Shown here in pieces: positions 62,680-64,000 of a stretch of DNA of 64,000 nucleotides (within the stretch, counting starts at the first letter, position 1; every line of letters starts with the position of its first letter). Below the pieces are notes generated by a model. The model was given only the letters and a program-made list of their open reading frames with translations, did not search any database and was not told the origin of the DNA. The position numbers were made by a program, and so were the translations under genes. This DNA is from Mobula hypostoma (lineage: Eukaryota): assembly GCF_963921235.1 (NCBI RefSeq), contig NC_086098.1, positions 2,728,001 through 2,792,000 of the forward strand, written 5' to 3'.

Positions 62680-64000
62680 CGGTTCGATTTGAAAAATTAA
62701 ATGGTAGTTTATCAGCCAACTCCCCATACTGTGTGGTGCATTTAATAGACTACAGTGCCTTCTCACTTTTTAGACAAGAATGAATTACAAGCAGACGTTA
62801 TTTTCAGATTTAATTATTCACAAGTTTTTGAGTCACTTTCATCTTCTCAAAAGAACTATTATCATTGATGCTGTCAGCAGCCCTTGACCTGAAGGTGATT
62901 AAAATAATGACTTGGTTCAAAAGAATTTTGAGATGTTCCTGTGAGTAAATTTGATAATAAAAATGAGTTCATTCAAGTAAGGAAAGTGTTTTCTATACCA
63001 TAGGGTACTGTTTTGGGTTTTAAGTGACATTTTTCTTTTCTGCAGTTACACCTTTGTCTTTCAGTATGGATCAGTGATTTTGTTAAACTTCCAGGAGGAC
63101 TGCACATCCCTCAGTCTCTGGAGCAAGGTAACAACAAAATACTGAAAAGGTGGTGGTTCTCTGCATCAGAATGGTTCTGTCACAAAACTCTAGAATCATA
63201 TGTGTTAGTCTTTGAATCATCAGCAATAGAAATAGCTTCCCACCATTTACCTGATCTACTGCATATCAGCCATGATTTAGTCTCAATGCTTTCTCCAAGG
63301 AGAACTCACACATCTACTCCAGTCTAAACCACACAAAAATCTGGAGAACTCAGCAGGTTAGTCAGCATCCGTGGAAGTGAACAAACATGAACACTTGAGA
63401 TTCTGCAGATGCTGGAAGTCCACAGCAACACAGACAAAATGGTGAAGGAATTCAACAGATCAGGCAGCATCGATGGACAGGAAGAAGCAGTCAACTTTTT
63501 ATTCCTTTCCACAGATGCTCTCTGACTGACCAGAGAAATAAGCAGCCAATGTCTTCATTAGGACCACCAGTTCCTCCAGTTTAACTCACAGCATTGGAAA
63601 TCATTGTAACTATTCCAGTAACGTCCATTTCTGTACCCTCTTTTCAACATTTACATCTTCGCAAATTAAAGATCAGCTTTATTTATCATGAAAACATCGA
63701 AACATACTTGCTGACCCATATGGCTTTGGAATGTGGGAGGAAACCCACACATTCACAGGGAGAATGCCCAAACTCTTTGTAGATAGCGGTGAGAATTGAA
63801 GCCTGGTATTTGGCACTGTAAATCATTTTACTAACCACAGTGCTATGGGCCACCCATGCTGGTAATACCTTGCCAGTGTTTTAAAAGTGACTACCAGCAC
63901 AAAGAACATAGAACAGAGAAGAGTACAGCACAGGAACAGGCCCTTCAGCCCACAATGTTAAGCCGAACCAAATAAATTAGAAAGCAAATGTCCAATTAAA

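Overview
Eukaryotic (vertebrate) non-genic DNA, not prokaryotic. The repeat complement points to a cartilaginous fish, probably a ray or skate (inference from HER1-like CR1 LINE tails, HE1/V-SINE-like SINEs and a SacSINE1-like DeuSINE). I found no host protein-coding gene, tRNA, rRNA or CRISPR array that I can support. Every ORF I can recognise is a decayed transposon fragment: CR1 APE/RT, Rex1/Babar RT, Penelope GIY-YIG, or Tc1/mariner/Tigger transposase pieces. The window is a nested mosaic of CR1 and Rex1/Babar LINEs, Penelope-like elements carrying minimal hammerhead ribozymes, V-SINEs, short RTE- and Rex1-derived non-autonomous retroelements, Tc1/mariner/Tigger/hAT MITEs, two solo LTRs with 5-bp target-site duplications, and several minisatellites. 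Repeat-free islands between them resemble conserved non-coding elements, suggesting a gene desert or large intron. The most unusual structures are: DNA-transposon derivatives with more than two TIRs (a composite bracketed by two mini-MITEs, a 4-TIR mariner palindrome, a 3-TIR Tc1 derivative); dispersed hammerhead motifs of two architectures; three short RTE-derived elements; and a CR1 copy patched with sequence from another CR1 subfamily. Family names come from motif recognition, not database searches. Boundaries of degraded repeats are approximate. I cannot claim a genuinely new biological system from this sequence alone.
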